Origin: an uncultured Verrucomicrobiae bacterium
Lineage (GTDB): Bacteria > Verrucomicrobiota > Verrucomicrobiia > Chthoniobacterales > Chthoniobacteraceae
Assembly: GCA_963828525.1 (NCBI GenBank)
Contig: CAWHEP010000008.1
Span: 128,001-192,000, forward strand
DNA: 64,000 nt
Reading direction: 5' to 3'
A program made the position numbers and the translations under genes. The notes beneath the pieces were generated by a model that worked only from the letters and a program-made list of their open reading frames with translations, made no database searches and was not told the origin of the DNA. Below are positions 61,201-64,000 of this stretch, piece after piece. The stretch's first letter is position 1. Each line of letters begins with the position of its first letter.

Positions 61201-62135
61201 TCCAAGCCTCACGGCGCCCATGCAGTCCATCATCGATCTTTCGCTAACGTCAAAAGGAGCGCTCCTGCTGCGCAACGACACAATTACCGCGCGGGCGGAC
61301 GCGGACATTCGGGTCACGGGGACGGCAGAAAAAGCGCATGTGGCGGGCGCCGTCGGCATCACGAAGAGCAAGTTCTTCCGCGAAATCGATATCCTCCCGC
61401 TGCAGCTTCCTGGCAGGCCCGCGCCAAAGCCTCCCGCGCCGTCAGTGACTACAGTATCTTTTCCAAACCCGCCGCTGCGCGATTGTACATTTGATATTGC
61501 CATCAAGACGAAAGATCCATTCCTCGGTACGGGGAAACCTCGCCAATGGCGCGGTCGTCATGGACTTGAAACTGGCGGGTACCGGGCTCTCGCCTTCGCT
61601 GGTTGGCACTGTGCGGATCGAGAATTTTGTCGCCTCGCTTCCATTCAGCAAACTCGAGATCAACACGGGCTACGTTTACTTCAACGATGACAATCCATTC
61701 ATCCCTCAACTCGACATCCAGGGCGCCTCGAATATGCGGGATTATAACATCACGGTCTACATCTCGGGGAGCGCTTATCAGCCCCAGACGGTTCTCTCCA
61801 GCGAGCCGCCGCTCACACAGCAGGATATTGTCTCCTTGCTGGCCACGGGAGCAACCACTCAGGAACTTACCGGAAATGGGGATGTTCTCGCGGGCAGGGC
61901 GGCGTCGCTCCTTTTCCAAAAGGTATATCGCAAAGTTTTCAAGAAGAAGGCACCTTCCGAAAATGAGTCATTTGCGGACAAGATCTCTGTGGACGCGGGC
62001 GGCATTGACCCCCGCACCGGCAAGCAGGAAGTGACCAGCACCGTGAAACTCACCGACAAGGTGCAACTGCAGGGCGGGCTGGATGTACAGGGATACTTGC
62101 GGGGCGAGGTGAAATACCTGATTCGTTTCCGTTAA
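58229..62135 (+). CDS. tamB: Translocation and assembly module subunit TamB-like, one frameshift near 61530
   Basis: N-terminal TM, long beta-taco region, GGTLAKPAMSG; C-terminal LSSEPPLTQQDIVSLLATG in the next frame; followed by an Omp85 gene. Confidence 0.85.
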
Positions 62136-62138
62136 GCG

Positions 62139-64000
62139 ATGATCCCCGCACCAGGAAGGCAAGCCCATGGCATTCGTCTGCCGGTTGCTATTCTCATCGC
62201 CATACAGTTGTTTTCGGCGCTGGCGTTCTCTGAGGAGTACAAGCCCAACCCGGTTCAGGCAATGCCCACTCCTGTGCCGAAGAACCTCTCTGTCGCAATC
62301 GACTTCAAGGGCGCGACCAAATTCACCCGGGCACAGCTACTGGCGGCTATCGCGGATCAAGCGCAGGCGGTCTCGGACTCCGGCCTAAATCCAGCGTCCG
62401 CCGACGACACAGCCTTCTTCCTTGGCGTCTTCTATCATCGAAACGGATATTCGCAGGCAGAAGTCACCTGGCAGATCACCGGCGCAGGCTTGCTGCTGAA
62501 GGTCGCTGAGGGGCCCTTGACCAAAGTGGGGAATATCTCCTTCACCGGTAATCACTTCATCCCCACGGCCACGTTGAACGGCTACCTGCTGGGAGCAACC
62601 CAGGAGAGATTCTCCCGCGCCAAACCCGGGGAGCTTCCGTTCGTCGAGGAAGATATCCAAACCGGCGAGGATCGCGTGAGCGGCTACTACCTTCAGGAAG
62701 GATTTTTGCATGCCACGGTGAAGCCCCCGGAGATTGGCTATTCCCGGGACAAGACGGTTGCCGACGTCAGAATCGAGATTGCCGAAGGCGCGCGATACAC
62801 GTTCGGGAAGCTCACATTCAGCGGTGACCTCGTCTTCTACCCCCCACCCAAGGAGCTTCTTACCCAGCTCGAACCGTTCTCCAGCCAGCCTTACACGGAA
62901 GATCGCGTGACGAACATGCAGCGAGCGGTGGTTTACTTCTACAGAACGCACGGATACTTCCAGGTGAAGGTCACCTCCATCAGCAACCCGCAATCCGCCG
63001 TGAAGGGGGTTGTCCCAGTGGACTTCCATGTCGAGTCGGGGAATCTCTTCCGGTTCGACGGAGTGAAGGTGACAGGTCTCGACCGGCTGACGCCCAGCTT
63101 CCTCCCGAAGCGGTTCAAGAAGATCAAAGGCAAGTTCTACGATCCGCGGAAAGTGGATGAACAGTTTCAGTCTCTAATGCGCACCGGGCTGTTCAAGAAA
63201 CTAACCGTCACGCCCCGCGCTCTCCCAAACAATCAGGTGGAACTTGACCTGCAGGCGGAAGAAGCGAAAGCGAAGGAACTCGGGTTTGGCGTCGGGTTTG
63301 ACACATTCGAGGGCGCCATCCTCGGCTTCAGTCTGGGTGATCGCGACTTCCGGGGCAGTGGCCGTCCCCTCACCTCTACTTTTGAATACGCGCAGCGTTT
63401 TCTAAGAGGTGATGTCACCTACACCGATCCCTGGTTTTTGGAGAGCGATTACCAGCTGACGCTGAAGCTCTACGCGCTGGAACAACAGTTTCTCGGCTAC
63501 ACGAAATATGAGACCGGTTTTCGCGCGGAGATTGGCCGGGCCATCACCAAACATCTGGACGTGTCCATATTTCTCCTTCCGCGCAAAGTAAGCATCACCA
63601 ACACAGGGATCGATCCCAATGTAATCGGGTCTTCCAACTATTTCGTAAATAGCATAGGCGCGACTGCGACCCTCGACCTGCGGGACAGCAAGATCAACCC
63701 CGGGAAAGGCTTCATCACGAACGTGACGGCGGATGTCGCCACGAGCGCTCTTGCCAGCTCTCTGAGTTTCGTCCGCGGAACCTATAGAGCTTCGTATTAC
63801 CTACCGGTCACAAAAACCACACTGCTCGCCTTCGGCGCGAGGGGCGGGTTGATACTCCCTTTCGGCAGCCAGAGCGATATCCCCATCGACGAGCGTTTCT
63901 TCAATGGCGGCGCGCGAAGCGTGCGGAGTTTCGCCGAACTCCGCCTTGGACCGAAGGACAAGCACAACTACCCGACAGGGGGCGAGGTATTTACCACCTA
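62139..64000 (+). CDS. Omp85-family (TamA/BamA-like) outer membrane protein, runs off the window
   Basis: Manual reading from ATG 62139: signal peptide, POTRA repeats (FYHRNGY, YYLQEGF, FYRTHGY), barrel with ERFFNGGARSVRSF; absent from the ORF track because there is no stop. Confidence 0.88.
   Translation, partial: MIPAPGRQAHGIRLPVAILIAIQLFSALAFSEEYKPNPVQAMPTPVPKNLSVAIDFKGATKFTRAQLLAAIADQAQAVSDSGLNPASADDTAFFLGVFYHRNGYSQAEVTWQITGAGLLLKVAEGPLTKVGNISFTGNHFIPTATLNGYLLGATQERFSRAKPGELPFVEEDIQTGEDRVSGYYLQEGFLHATVKPPEIGYSRDKTVADVRIEIAEGARYTFGKLTFSGDLVFYPPPKELLTQLEPFSSQPYTEDRVTNMQRAVVYFYRTHGYFQVKVTSISNPQSAVKGVVPVDFHVESGNLFRFDGVKVTGLDRLTPSFLPKRFKKIKGKFYDPRKVDEQFQSLMRTGLFKKLTVTPRALPNNQVELDLQAEEAKAKELGFGVGFDTFEGAILGFSLGDRDFRGSGRPLTSTFEYAQRFLRGDVTYTDPWFLESDYQLTLKLYALEQQFLGYTKYETGFRAEIGRAITKHLDVSIFLLPRKVSITNTGIDPNVIGSSNYFVNSIGATATLDLRDSKINPGKGFITNVTADVATSALASSLSFVRGTYRASYYLPVTKTTLLAFGARGGLILPFGSQSDIPIDERFFNGGARSVRSFAELRLGPKDKHNYPTGGEVFTT

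Noticed and set aside
19226..62135. Programmed frameshifting in TIGR03790, GNAT or tamB
   Set aside because: Single indels in a sequence that is demonstrably error-prone, with no clear slippery site plus stimulator; sequencing error is the simpler explanation.

Overview
GC-rich bacterial chromosomal segment, probably Verrucomicrobiota (inferred from gene content, not from a marker gene). 1-8.7 kb: Wzx/Wzc/OPX/beta-barrel exopolysaccharide locus containing a 2.6-kb glycosyltransferase-acyltransferase cassette bounded by a 299-bp near-identical direct repeat. 8.7-16.6 kb: TPR protein, gmd, exosortase-EpsI fusion, metG, small TPR and a SurA/PpiD-like gene, all broken by indels that look like long-read sequencing errors. 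16.7-23.7 kb: recN, MBL hydrolase, TIGR03790, DUF2851 and an ECF sigma triad. 23.7-28 kb: decaying accessory island with a Y1/RAYT transposase remnant, palindromes, an RHS toxin-immunity pair and a diverged ~150-bp non-coding repeat that brackets the toxin cassette (best candidate for something undescribed). 28-64 kb: mostly housekeeping and envelope genes (rhomboid-like, mazG, PTS IIA, ClC, riboflavin synthase, trxB, GT4, GNAT, TPR, a 34-aa bS22-like ribosomal protein missed by the ORF track, hisG, RND pump with MarR, GH127, opgG-X-opgH, a sulfotransferase-like coiled-coil protein with three internal repeats, topoisomerase IB, ABC components, CE7 esterase, tamB and a partial Omp85 gene). I saw no rRNA, tRNA, CRISPR array or integrase. 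All family calls are from motif recognition; no database search was run.
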